A stretch of DNA of 64,000 nt from Candidatus Latescibacterota bacterium (lineage in GTDB: Bacteria > Latescibacterota > UBA2968 > UBA8231). Below, piece by piece: positions 29,861 through 38,973 of this stretch. The position numbers and the translations under genes were made by a program. Where the stretch lies: assembly GCA_965243025.1 (NCBI GenBank), contig CBDETY010000003.1, positions 672,001 to 736,000 on the forward strand, in the 5' to 3' direction. The notes beneath the pieces were generated by a model. The model ran no database searches. It saw only the letters and a program-made list of their open reading frames with translations, and was not told the DNA's origin. Each line of letters opens with the position of its first letter. Position 1 is the stretch's first letter.

Positions 29861-30030
29861 GAGTTCCAACCGACGCCGGCGACCCGGAGTTTTCACCGGC
29901 CTGGCGAACCCGGAGTTCCAACGGCCCCCCGCGCCCCGGAGTTTTCACCGGCCTGGCGGCCCGCGGTTCCAACGGCTCACGGCCGCCCGGAGTTTTCACC
30001 GGCCTGGCGGAACCGGGGTTCCACCGGCCC
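29861..30030. repeat. about 52-bp tandem repeat, about 3.3 copies
   Basis: CCCGGAGTTTTCACCGGCCTGGCG exact at 29883, 29935 and 29986; linkers share GTTCCA(A/C)C. Confidence 0.85.
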
Positions 30031-30089
30031 CAGGGGCCTCGAACCGCAACATCCTCTAAGACCACTTCCGACCACGAAAGGAAAGAACC

Positions 30090-31181
30090 GTGCTGATCTT
30101 CGACGGCGACTACCCGATGGCGCACGGCGCCCTCAATCTCAACAGGGACCTGACCCTTCCGCTCGACGAGCTGCGGGAAGCCGACGCCAACCCCTCCAAC
30201 ATTCCGTTCGCCTGCCTGCCGGAGATGCGCAGAGGGGGGGTGTACTGCGCGCTGATGAAGATCGCGGCGCGGCGCATGCGCAAGGACAGCATCCTGCCGG
30301 GGTACCGGGGCAAGGAGGCGGCGTACGCCGCGGGCAAGGGGGAGCTCGCCCTGTACCGCGGCCTGGAGAGCACCGGGGAAGCGGTCGTCGTCACCACCGC
30401 GGCACAGCTGCGCGCCCTCGCCGGACAGTGGGAGCAGGGGGAAGGGGACTCGCGGCTTCCGGTCGGCTGCCTGCTCGGAATTGAAGGGGCCGACCCGATC
30501 CTGACGCCGGGGCAGGTGGGGGAGTGGTGGGAAGACGGGGTGCGCGTGGTCAGCCTGACCCATTACGGGCGCAGCCGTTACGCCCACGGCACCGGCACCG
30601 GGACCGAGGGAGGGCTGCTGCCCCCCGGACCGGAGCTGCTGCGGGAGATGGAGTCCTGCGGCATGCTGCTCGACGCCACCCACATCGCCGACCGCAGCTT
30701 CTGGGAAGCCCTCGACCATTACTCCGGCCCGGTCCTGGCGAGCCATCAGAACTGCCGCGCCCTGGCCCCGGGAGAGCGCCAGTTCAGCGACGCGCAGGTC
30801 CGGGCGGTGATCGAGCGGGACGGCGTCGTCGGGGCCTCGATGGACACTTGGATGCTGCGGGAGAAGCAGGAGATCGACTGGTCCTGCACCGAGAAGTTCC
30901 CGCGGCGGCAGCACTACGCGCGGGAGGAGGTCACCCTGGAGCATATCGCCAACCACGTCGACCACGTCTGCCAGCTGGCCGGCAACTCCCGGCACGCCGG
31001 GATCGGCGGCGATACCGACGGCCAGGGCGGGATCGACGGGGCGCCGTTGGAGATCGACAGCGTCGCCGACTACCAGAAGCTCGCCCCGATCCTCGAGCGC
31101 CGCGGCTACGGCAGCGAGGACGTCGCCAACGTCATGTACGGGAACTGGCACCGGTTCTACACCTCGTACCTGCCGCAGTAA
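30090..31181 (+). CDS. membrane dipeptidase (peptidase M19)
   Basis: GIEGAD, SLTHYG, LDATH, ASHQNCRAL.PGERQ, HVDHVC, GGDTDG. Confidence 0.92.
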   Translation: MLIFDGDYPMAHGALNLNRDLTLPLDELREADANPSNIPFACLPEMRRGGVYCALMKIAARRMRKDSILPGYRGKEAAYAAGKGELALYRGLESTGEAVVVTTAAQLRALAGQWEQGEGDSRLPVGCLLGIEGADPILTPGQVGEWWEDGVRVVSLTHYGRSRYAHGTGTGTEGGLLPPGPELLREMESCGMLLDATHIADRSFWEALDHYSGPVLASHQNCRALAPGERQFSDAQVRAVIERDGVVGASMDTWMLREKQEIDWSCTEKFPRRQHYAREEVTLEHIANHVDHVCQLAGNSRHAGIGGDTDGQGGIDGAPLEIDSVADYQKLAPILERRGYGSEDVANVMYGNWHRFYTSYLPQ

Positions 31182-31296
31182 GGCGGCCCGGTGGAAACGG
31201 CGTTCCACACCGGCAGCTGCAGCCGGTTTTCCGCCGGGCAGGCCCTGGAGCTGGCGGCCCGCTGCTGCGGGAAGCGGAGCCGGCCCTGGCGGCGGA

Positions 31297-32217
31297 TCAG
31301 GAGACGTCGGCCTTCGCCAGGTAGATGCTCGTCTTCTCTTCGTGGCTCGAGTAGTAGCTGATCCAGAGCAGGCCGTCGTGCCAGACCATCCCGGGATAGG
31401 AGCAGTCGCCGCCGCTGGGCAGGCGAGCAACGGTCTCGTACCGGGTCGCCGTCATGCGGGCGAGAACGGTGCCGCGCTCGCCCTCGTGGGTGCCGCGCGA
31501 GCCTGCCCACAAGGTTCCGTCCGGAACGCGGATGAAGTTGGGGCCGCCGAGGCCGGCCTCGATGCGGGTGAACGACCAGTCGGTGTAGGGCGGCCAGCTG
31601 CGGCCGATCCAGTCGGGGCGGATCAGGGCGATCATCACCTCGTCCGGCATGACGCGCAGCGTGGTTTCGCTGGCGGTCCAGATGTCGTCGGGAAGCCGGA
31701 ACTCGGTGACCCACTGCCAGTCGAGGGCGTCGGCGGTCCTGTAGAGCATGCCGCGGCGCGGGTTGCTCCCCTCGCCCAGCTTGGAGACGGAGTACCCGGT
31801 CCCGTTGTGCCAGGTCACCCGCCACAGCCAGTGGTCTTCGGCGAGGCAGCGGACCGGCGCGGTCCAGGAGGTTCCGTCGTCGGAGAACGCTACCCGCGGG
31901 GAGCGGGTGAGGTACCTGCCGGCATCGTCGATGATCGAGCCGCCCGCCAGCAGCAGCATGCGGCCGTCCGGCATGACGGAGAGCTTGGGGTCGCGGAGGT
32001 CCACCCCCTCCTCGCTCACCTGCCCGGCGCTCGACCACGCGGCTCCGTCGTCCGACACGAGCACCCGCAGGGTTCCGATGCTGGCGCCGTGGTCGTCGGC
32101 CTCGCGGAACGTGCACCACCAGCGGCCGCGGTGGCGCAGCAGGTCGGTGAAGGCGTTGTGCGGCGCAAGGTCCCAGATCTTTTCGACGCTGAGTATGCGC
32201 GGGGTCTCCGTGGCCAT
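31297..32217 (-). CDS. exo-alpha-sialidase-like BNR propeller protein
   Basis: PHNAFTDL, SDDGAAW, DLRDPKL, SDDGTSW, GGDCSYPG, SYYSSHE. Confidence 0.85.
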   Translation of the reverse strand: MATETPRILSVEKIWDLAPHNAFTDLLRHRGRWWCTFREADDHGASIGTLRVLVSDDGAAWSSAGQVSEEGVDLRDPKLSVMPDGRMLLLAGGSIIDDAGRYLTRSPRVAFSDDGTSWTAPVRCLAEDHWLWRVTWHNGTGYSVSKLGEGSNPRRGMLYRTADALDWQWVTEFRLPDDIWTASETTLRVMPDEVMIALIRPDWIGRSWPPYTDWSFTRIEAGLGGPNFIRVPDGTLWAGSRGTHEGERGTVLARMTATRYETVARLPSGGDCSYPGMVWHDGLLWISYYSSHEEKTSIYLAKADVS

Positions 32218-32299
32218 GGCGGCATAAGCTAAGCCGGGTCCTGCCTGATCGCACCCTGCCGGATCCCGGCAGGGAGGTCCCAACTCGAGGAAGGACGAG

Positions 32300-33316
32300 A
32301 TGAACAGCTATCGCTTCGTGCCCGCGCGGGACCGGCCCGTTCTCAGCCTCGCCCCGCTGTGCACCCGCATGGTGGCGGCCTACCGGGACCGCGCCGGCAC
32401 CGTCCACCTGTTCACCGACGCCTACGACCCGCGCAGGGAGACGGCTTTCGACGACCCCCTCGATTCCTGGGAAGCGGAGCCTCGCTACCTCACCACCACC
32501 GATTTCGACAGCTGGCAGGATCACGGCTTCGCCCTCACACGGGGGCGCTGGCGCGGCGGCGTCGCGCGCTCCGACGGTGACTGCGTCGGGGCCGCCAGCC
32601 CCGGGGTGGCGGTGGCCGGGGGCAGGGTGCTGCTGTTCTACGCCGGCAAGGGGCCGGCGAACCCGGCCGGGCCGTTCGCGCGCACCACCAACCGGGAGGA
32701 CCTGCCCGGCCTCATCCATCTGGCCGTGGCGCCGGCGGACGAAAACGGGGCTCCTGCGGGGCCGTTCGAGAAGAGGGGGCCGGTTACCGACTACGACGCC
32801 GGCTGGCGCTCGATCCGGCACGACGACCCCAACGCGGTGGTGACCGGGGAGGAGGTGCTGCTGTTCTTCAAGGGAATAGGCTCGGGCCAGACCCACGCCA
32901 ACCGCGTCTTCGGCGTCGCCCGTGCGCCGGTCGACCGGCCGGAGGGCCCATACCGCATCCACCCCGAACCGGTACTGCGCACCGACCGCGGGGTGGAGTC
33001 GCCCCGGGTGTTTTGCGCCGGAGGCCGGTGGCAGATGTTCGCGCTGCAGTACAGCCTTCCCGGGGACGACAGGCCGCGCCGCTACGGGCACTTCCGCGGG
33101 CAGGACCCGCTGCGCTGGGAACTGGTGAACGACGAGGTGCTGGCGACGACGAGCGACCGGCCCCAGCACGGGGCCGCGGACATGTGTCCGCTGTGGACGC
33201 CGTTCGAGCCGGGGCCCCCGAAGCTCGCCTTCAGCAACCGCCTGGACGACGGCGCCTGGGGGGACCCCGGGGTGTTCAAGCAGTGGCTGTGGGAGATCGT
33301 GGAGGTGCCGGAGTAG
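32300..33316 (+). CDS. five-bladed beta-propeller glycoside hydrolase (GH43/GH117-like)
   Basis: SPGVAV...LLFYAG, RHDDPN...LLFFKG, GPYRIHPEPVL; GAGGAAGGA RBS. Confidence 0.7.
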   Translation: MNSYRFVPARDRPVLSLAPLCTRMVAAYRDRAGTVHLFTDAYDPRRETAFDDPLDSWEAEPRYLTTTDFDSWQDHGFALTRGRWRGGVARSDGDCVGAASPGVAVAGGRVLLFYAGKGPANPAGPFARTTNREDLPGLIHLAVAPADENGAPAGPFEKRGPVTDYDAGWRSIRHDDPNAVVTGEEVLLFFKGIGSGQTHANRVFGVARAPVDRPEGPYRIHPEPVLRTDRGVESPRVFCAGGRWQMFALQYSLPGDDRPRRYGHFRGQDPLRWELVNDEVLATTSDRPQHGAADMCPLWTPFEPGPPKLAFSNRLDDGAWGDPGVFKQWLWEIVEVPE

Positions 33317-33414
33317 AAGTGCCCGGGGGCGCAGGAAAGGAGCGAACGAGGGCGCCGTTTACCGGGGTCGCAGTCCGGCCGTGTTTGAAGCCCGTTTTTA
33401 CTGGGGAATCGAAA

Positions 33415-33487
33415 TGTCGAAATAATGTCAAATAAAAAGTAGACAAAAAATTGACAAAACATATTCATGCGATATATTGGTTAGACA
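33415..33487 (+). promoter_or_regulatory. sigma70 promoter overlapped by a CarH/LitR-type operator
   Basis: TTGACA (33451) N16 TATATT (33473); TAGACA/TTGACA/TATTCA at 33440/33451/33462 (11-bp phase); inverted TGTCGA/TGTCAA at 33415/33426. Confidence 0.75.
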
Positions 33488-33541
33488 ATTGGTGGCCAGA
33501 GAGGCCTCCTTTCACCATTTCCTTCCAATAGGAGGAATCGC

Positions 33542-34081
33542 ATGAATACCTTCCGAATTGCCTCGCTCCTGGCGCTGGCTCTTTCGTTCAGGGCCGGCCC
33601 GGCCGATGCCCAGAACGACGAGGATATCGTCGGGGTTGCCGTAGAGGCGGGCATTTTCACCACGCTGGTCGCCGCAGTTCAGGCCGCCGAGCTGGTCGAG
33701 GTGCTCCAGGGTGAAGGGCCCTTCACCGTCTTCGCCCCCACCGACGATGCCTTCGCCGCACTGCCGGAGGGCACCGTCGAGTCCTTGCTGCAGCCGGAGA
33801 ACAAGGAACTGCTGATCTCCATCCTGCTTTATCACGTCGTCCCCGGTTCGGTTCTGGCCGCCGACGTGTCGGAGCTGGATTCGGCCACCACCGTCAATGG
33901 CGCTTCGATCAGTATCAGCGTCAGCGACAGCGGCGTGATTATCAACAATGCCAATGTCCTCCAGACCGATGTCGCCGCCAGCAACGGCGTCATCCACATC
34001 ATCGACGCGGTGCTTCTGCCTCCGCCCGGTACCGCCGTCGAGAGCAGTACCTGGGGCACGGTCAAGCAGCAGGCTCGCTGA
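33542..34081 (+). CDS. secreted fasciclin (FAS1) domain protein
   Basis: Signal peptide; [26 protein letters not shown]; C-terminal [16 protein letters not shown]; AGGAGG RBS. Confidence 0.95.
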   Translation: MNTFRIASLLALALSFRAGPADAQNDEDIVGVAVEAGIFTTLVAAVQAAELVEVLQGEGPFTVFAPTDDAFAALPEGTVESLLQPENKELLISILLYHVVPGSVLAADVSELDSATTVNGASISISVSDSGVIINNANVLQTDVAASNGVIHIIDAVLLPPPGTAVESSTWGTVKQQAR

Positions 34082-34102
34082 GCAGGCACACTTCGACCAG
34101 AC

Positions 34103-34141
34103 GGGCCGCGACGGTATCCTGTTTCCGTTGCGGCCCTTTTT
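34103..34141 (+). terminator. intrinsic terminator
   Basis: GGGCCGCGACGG / CCGTTGCGGCCC stem followed by TTTTT. Confidence 0.75.
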
Positions 34142-34198
34142 ACGTCCGGCTTGCGGGGGGCCAACTGCCAGCACGGAAACCGGGTATATTCCTCACGC

Positions 34199-35164
34199 AT
34201 GGAAGAAATGCAGGGACACCCCATCAAGGTTGTCGTGCGACGGACCGGGCTTTCCGCCCACGTCATCCGCGTCTGGGAAAGGCGTTATGCAGCCGTGGAG
34301 CCGGCCCGGACCGAGACCAACAGACGGCTCTATTCCGACGACGACATCGCGCGCCTGATCTGCCTGCAGCAGGCGATTCAGGCCGGTCACAGCATTGGCC
34401 GGATCGCCCGGCTGCCCGCGGACGAGCTGGAGAAGCTGGTCCGCGCCGAGCACGCGGCTTCCCCGTTGACTCCAGGCCGGTCCGATGGAGAGGATGAGGA
34501 AGAAGGCAGCGACGGCCGCGGCGAATTCCTCGAACGAGCCATGGCCGCGGTAAAAGCGCTGGACGCGGTCTCGCTGGAAGAGCAGTTGGTCCGCGCCTCG
34601 GTTGCCTTGAGCCAGCGGGCTCTTATCGAAGAGGTGGTCCAGCCGCTGATGGAGGGCATCGGCAGGATGTGGCGGGAGGGCGATTTGCGGGTGGCCGACG
34701 AACATATGGCCACCGCGGTGGTGCGCAGCTTCGTCGGCAACATGCGGGCCGCTTTCCAGGTGTCGGAAGCCGCACCCCGTATTGTCGCGACCACGCCGGC
34801 GGGGCAGCTGCACGAGCTGGGGGCCCTGCTCGCTTCGATCGTGGCGACGTCGGAGGGCTGGAACTCGACTTTCCTCGGATCCAACCTGCCGGCCGAAGAG
34901 ATCGCCGGGGCCGCGGCGCAAACGGGTGCCAGGGCGGTCCTCCTCAGCATCGTCTATCCGGGCGACGACCCCCACCTTGGCGGGGAACTCGAAAAGCTGC
35001 GGCGTCTGCTTGGCGGCGAGGTTGCCTTGTTGGCCGGCGGCCGGGCGGCCGCGCAGTACGGGCCATTTCTCGATCGGGCCGGGGCCGTCACCCTGGCCAC
35101 CCTGGAGGAGCTGCGCGGCACCTTGAGTCGGCTTCGCCGGCAGCCCCTGCCGGTCGATGGGTAA
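34199..35164 (+). CDS. carH: CarH/LitR-type MerR regulator with cobalamin-binding domain
   Basis: IRVWERRY MerR HTH; W-x9-EH (WREGDLRVADEH); QLHELG B12 His motif; FLGSNLP, GGR. Confidence 0.88.
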   Translation: MEEMQGHPIKVVVRRTGLSAHVIRVWERRYAAVEPARTETNRRLYSDDDIARLICLQQAIQAGHSIGRIARLPADELEKLVRAEHAASPLTPGRSDGEDEEEGSDGRGEFLERAMAAVKALDAVSLEEQLVRASVALSQRALIEEVVQPLMEGIGRMWREGDLRVADEHMATAVVRSFVGNMRAAFQVSEAAPRIVATTPAGQLHELGALLASIVATSEGWNSTFLGSNLPAEEIAGAAAQTGARAVLLSIVYPGDDPHLGGELEKLRRLLGGEVALLAGGRAAAQYGPFLDRAGAVTLATLEELRGTLSRLRRQPLPVDG

Positions 35165-35231
35165 GAGCCCCGCCCGAAAAGAGGTGCGCAGGGACAGCCC
35201 GTTGCGGTCCCCCCGGCCCCATGTTCAGGGC

Positions 35232-36275
35232 TTAAGGTGTCCGCACCGCATACCGTTGCACCGCGTCCTCGTCCAGCTCGACCCCCAGTCCCGGCTTGTC
35301 AGGGACCACCGCATACCCATCCCTGACCAAAGGCTCGGCGAGCAGGCTGTGCTCGTGGACGAAGTTGCCGCACAAGTCGCTGGCCAGGGTGCAGTTCGGA
35401 GCGGCGGCGGAAGCGTGGAGACGGAACGCGTCGAAGATTCCCAGGTCGACGTTGGAGGCCTGCCACACGGGGATGCCGGCGGCCTCGGCGATTCGCGCCA
35501 TGTCGAGGAAACCCCAGTCCGAGGGCGCGACATTGATCCCGTCCACGGCCTCCCGGTACACCATCTCGATAACCTGGCGGGGGTTCTGCAGATGGGGCGC
35601 GATCAGTATCGATGTCTCTTCCTTGAGCCGCCGGTAGTCCTCCACGTCGTCCTTGGGGATCGGGTCTTCAAAGACGACATCGTACGCCTCAATCTCGCGC
35701 GCGAGCGCCAGGGCCTGGTCGACGGTGTGGAACCGGTGACCGGGGTCGAGGACGATACGCAGCGAGGGCGCGGCCTGGTGAATGGCGTGCACCCGGTCGG
35801 CCACGTTCCCGTCGTCGAGGGTGCACTTCACCTTGATGCCGTGGAAGCCCAGTTCCGCCGCTTTCCTGGCAGCCGCCGCTGACGCTTCCGGGCCCATGCG
35901 GGCGATCCAGTAGTCGACGAGCACCCGGCCCTGGGTCTTGCCGCCGAAGATGCGGTACAGGGGCCAGCCGATCCCCTTGCCGATCAGGTCCAGCAGGGCG
36001 ATGTCGTACCCGCTTCCACCCAGGCTGCGCGGCTCGAAGTCGAGCGGGTTTCGGCCGATCAGGTCCGGGACCGGATCCTCGCGGTCGCCGAAACAGGGTC
36101 CGCTCATGCCGAGCCCGGTGATCCCCTCGTCCGTGTGAATGCGGAGCAGGTCCTGCCTTCTTTCCCCGAGGGGAGCGGGATAGGATTCGGTGAATTCCTC
36201 GTACTCGGGGGGAGGCAGGATCCCGGGAAGAAAGGGGACGCACACCACCGTCCGTTCCAGATGCGTGATTTTCAT
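35232..36275 (-). CDS. mandelate racemase/MLE family enolase
   Basis: DIALLDLIGK, KVK, FEDP, PGLGVELD; start at MKITHLE. Confidence 0.88.
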   Translation of the reverse strand: MKITHLERTVVCVPFLPGILPPPEYEEFTESYPAPLGERRQDLLRIHTDEGITGLGMSGPCFGDREDPVPDLIGRNPLDFEPRSLGGSGYDIALLDLIGKGIGWPLYRIFGGKTQGRVLVDYWIARMGPEASAAAARKAAELGFHGIKVKCTLDDGNVADRVHAIHQAAPSLRIVLDPGHRFHTVDQALALAREIEAYDVVFEDPIPKDDVEDYRRLKEETSILIAPHLQNPRQVIEMVYREAVDGINVAPSDWGFLDMARIAEAAGIPVWQASNVDLGIFDAFRLHASAAAPNCTLASDLCGNFVHEHSLLAEPLVRDGYAVVPDKPGLGVELDEDAVQRYAVRTP

Positions 36276-36339
36276 TGAAACAATCTCCTCCCCAACCGGA
36301 CCAACTCTGCGTTGTGCCGGGAAGCGGCCCGGGCCCCGG

Positions 36340-36711
36340 CTACTCCTCCAATTTGCCGCCAAACCCGATCCGCCCTTTGGCGCCGGGGGAATACAGCACG
36401 TGCACGTTTTCCCGGGGCCTGCCGAGGATCCGGGCGACGGCTTCGGCGATGCCGGCCATCTCCCGGCGCAGCTCGGCCGCATCGGGCAATTCGTAGCGCA
36501 ACACGCTGACGAAGGTTGGACGCACGCTCCCGTCGATCGGGGTCCTGTTTTCGGCGTAGCCGCGCCGGTCGATCGAGCGCAGCCTTATCCACGTGTCTCC
36601 CGGCCCGCTGCCGAACAGGTCCCCCAGCTCGTCGGCGAGAGACTGGAGCAGCTCCTTGCCGGCCATGGTTTCCGAGGGGTTCGTCACGACCTCGATGTCA
36701 ACGATGGGCAT
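36340..36711 (-). CDS. tautomerase superfamily protein
   Basis: Pro-1 start (MPIVDIEV), two beta-alpha-beta units, GRIGFGG tail. Confidence 0.8.
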   Translation of the reverse strand: MPIVDIEVVTNPSETMAGKELLQSLADELGDLFGSGPGDTWIRLRSIDRRGYAENRTPIDGSVRPTFVSVLRYELPDAAELRREMAGIAEAVARILGRPRENVHVLYSPGAKGRIGFGGKLEE

Positions 36712-36725
36712 TTATTCGGCTCGAT

Positions 36726-37334
36726 TCAGCGCTTCGGACCAGTGATTCGGCTGCTGCCGGAATCATCATGTTTTCCCGTCTTCAGCCGCTCATACTCCGC
36801 CCGCGAAATCTCGAAATCCAGCGCTTTCCCCCGGTCCACTTCTCTCGCGACGGTCAGGCCGAGGGACCGCCACAGGGCCACTGAACGCGCATTGTCGGCA
36901 GACACATCCATCGGGCAGAGCCGGTCGATTCCCAATTCTTCGAAGGCGCAGGCCATCAGGCACTGCGCCGCCTCCTTCCCGTAACCCCTTCCCCACAGGG
37001 ACTTGTCCCAGATTCCGATGGGCAGGCGCATCACCTTCTCACCCGGAATTTCCCCACGATCCTGATTCATCCACTGAAGACAGACTTCGCCGATGGTGCG
37101 GCCGCTCGCTTTCTCGACAATGGCAAACAGGAACCCCTGTTCCGCCATGGCCCTGCCCGCGCGTCTGAGAAAACCGGCTGTGGCGGGTTCGTCCGGAGGC
37201 GCCCCTTCCATCGCATTCAGGAAGTCGGGATCCCGATAGAACGGGACGGCCAGATCGAAGTCCCCATCCTCGAATGGCCGCAGTCTCAGGCGCGCCGTTT
37301 CCAGGTGAAGGTCGTGACCGGCGAAGTTGGCCAT
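36726..37334 (-). CDS. GNAT N-acetyltransferase (RimJ/RimL type)
   Basis: LETARLRLRPF, WGRGYGKEA, DNARS...LG; start at MANFAG. Confidence 0.88.
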   Translation of the reverse strand: MANFAGHDLHLETARLRLRPFEDGDFDLAVPFYRDPDFLNAMEGAPPDEPATAGFLRRAGRAMAEQGFLFAIVEKASGRTIGEVCLQWMNQDRGEIPGEKVMRLPIGIWDKSLWGRGYGKEAAQCLMACAFEELGIDRLCPMDVSADNARSVALWRSLGLTVAREVDRGKALDFEISRAEYERLKTGKHDDSGSSRITGPKR

Positions 37335-37363
37335 TTTCCCGAGGCCGGTTCCGGCAGGCGCCT

Positions 37364-38965
37364 TCAGAAGGTGAGGTCGATCTCGAGGCCGATCAGGGAA
37401 ACGTAATTTTCGGGGGCCCGGGTCTCCGAGATCAGGCGGACCTCGATCTCGTTCTCTCCCTGCCGCAGCGGCGGCGCGGCGGCCTCGTACCAGGCGCTCG
37501 ATCCCTCCACGTGCTGCTCCACCGGCTCGGCCGGGTAGCGGAGCCAGAACAGCGACGCCGCGGTCAGCTCCTCCCAGCCGTCGAAGGAGACCTCGGCCCC
37601 GCTCCAGTCCAGCTCCATGCCGTTGAGGCGGACGGACAAGGAATCGCCCTCCTCGAGGGAGTCGAACCGCAAAGTCAGCCGGCAGGGGCCGAGCTCCCCG
37701 GCCCCCCGGGCCGCCTCGAGATCGTCGGCGATCGCCAGGCGCAGGACCGGTCCCTCGCCGTTGTAGTTCGGCTGCAGCCGCACCGGCAGCTGCGTCTGCG
37801 ACTGCGCCAGGGCGAAGGCGCTGCCGTGCCCGGCCGAGCCGTACGCCGAACCGGTGGTCTCGAGCTCGTAGCGCTTGTCGAGGCGCCGGAGCTTCTCGAG
37901 GTCGGTCAGCTCGGAGGCGATGCGTCGGTTCCACCCGGGTGAGCGGGTGAAGAAGTTGTAGAGGTAGACGCCGTGTGCGCCCTCGTTGAGCCAGCGGCAG
38001 GCCAGGGCGCGCAGCTTGCGGTCGTCGCTGTCCCGGGTCGCCTCGATACAGCCGTAAACGAGGGCGCCGGTGCCGGCCGCCGCGGCGACGAACTCCTCGA
38101 CCGGGGTCTCGAAGGAGATGAAGCCGCCCCCGACGACGACGATGTCGACGAGGCCCTCCTCGAGCCAGCGGCCGGCGTCGAGGCCGACCCGGTTGCAGTC
38201 GGCGATCGTCGGCGGCACGCGGACCCCGAGCAGCAGCCGGCGCCCGCGATCGGCCGAGACCGCCCGCATGCGGGCGCGCACCTCGCGCAGGAGGCCGGTC
38301 ATGAAGTGGCGGTTGGCGTACCCCTCCTCGACTCGGAAGAAGGCGGGGTGGCGCATGAAGTCGAGCTCGACGCCGTCGACGTCGAAGCGCTCGAAGCACT
38401 CGCGGATGATGCCGGTGACGAAGGCGCGGTTTCCCGGGTGGGCGTAGTCGAGGCCGGTGCCGATGCCGTTCTCGATGGTGCCCTCGGCGAACTCCTCCCC
38501 GGGGCGGGCGATCAGGCGGTCGGGATGGTGCCGGCGGTAGTTGCCGTACCCCGGGTGGCGGGGGTCGATGACGTAGTGGCTGTTCATGCGCACGCGCGGA
38601 AAGAAGGGGATGCCCTGTTCCCGGCAGAGGCGCAGGAGGGCGGTAAGCGGCCCGCCGCACTCCTCGATCAGGGAGCGCACGTTGGCGGCGATCTTCGGGT
38701 AGGAGTCGTCCGCGCCGGCCGAGTGCACGAAGGAGTACAGCTCGTCGAGCCCTTCGAGCGGCTGTTCGGCTCCGAAGATTTCGCCGTTTTCCGTTTCGAA
38801 ATGGTAGACCTCGTGGTCGCCGGTCGACCACCAGAAGGCGCCGCCGGTGCCGGCGTACGCCCCGGCCACCTTGTCGCGCAGGTCGGCCTCGGAGACCGGC
38901 GGGTCCGAGTTGAAGATCCAGGCGTCGTCGGTGAAGATGATGCGCGGGAACTCCGGTTTTTCCAT
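37364..38965 (-). CDS. GHL10/DUF187-like TIM-barrel protein (paralog 3)
   Basis: RIIFTDD, RVRMNSH, LDYAHP, FDVDGVELDFMR, GVYLYNF; start at MEKPEF. Confidence 0.75.
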   Translation of the reverse strand: MEKPEFPRIIFTDDAWIFNSDPPVSEADLRDKVAGAYAGTGGAFWWSTGDHEVYHFETENGEIFGAEQPLEGLDELYSFVHSAGADDSYPKIAANVRSLIEECGGPLTALLRLCREQGIPFFPRVRMNSHYVIDPRHPGYGNYRRHHPDRLIARPGEEFAEGTIENGIGTGLDYAHPGNRAFVTGIIRECFERFDVDGVELDFMRHPAFFRVEEGYANRHFMTGLLREVRARMRAVSADRGRRLLLGVRVPPTIADCNRVGLDAGRWLEEGLVDIVVVGGGFISFETPVEEFVAAAAGTGALVYGCIEATRDSDDRKLRALACRWLNEGAHGVYLYNFFTRSPGWNRRIASELTDLEKLRRLDKRYELETTGSAYGSAGHGSAFALAQSQTQLPVRLQPNYNGEGPVLRLAIADDLEAARGAGELGPCRLTLRFDSLEEGDSLSVRLNGMELDWSGAEVSFDGWEELTAASLFWLRYPAEPVEQHVEGSSAWYEAAAPPLRQGENEIEVRLISETRAPENYVSLIGLEIDLTF

Positions 38966-38973
38966 CGCTGGGC

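Noticed and set aside
29883-30009. CRISPR array (24-bp repeats, 27-28 bp spacers)
   Set aside because: The spacers resemble each other, there are only three repeats, and no cas genes or AT-rich leader are present; treated as a tandem repeat
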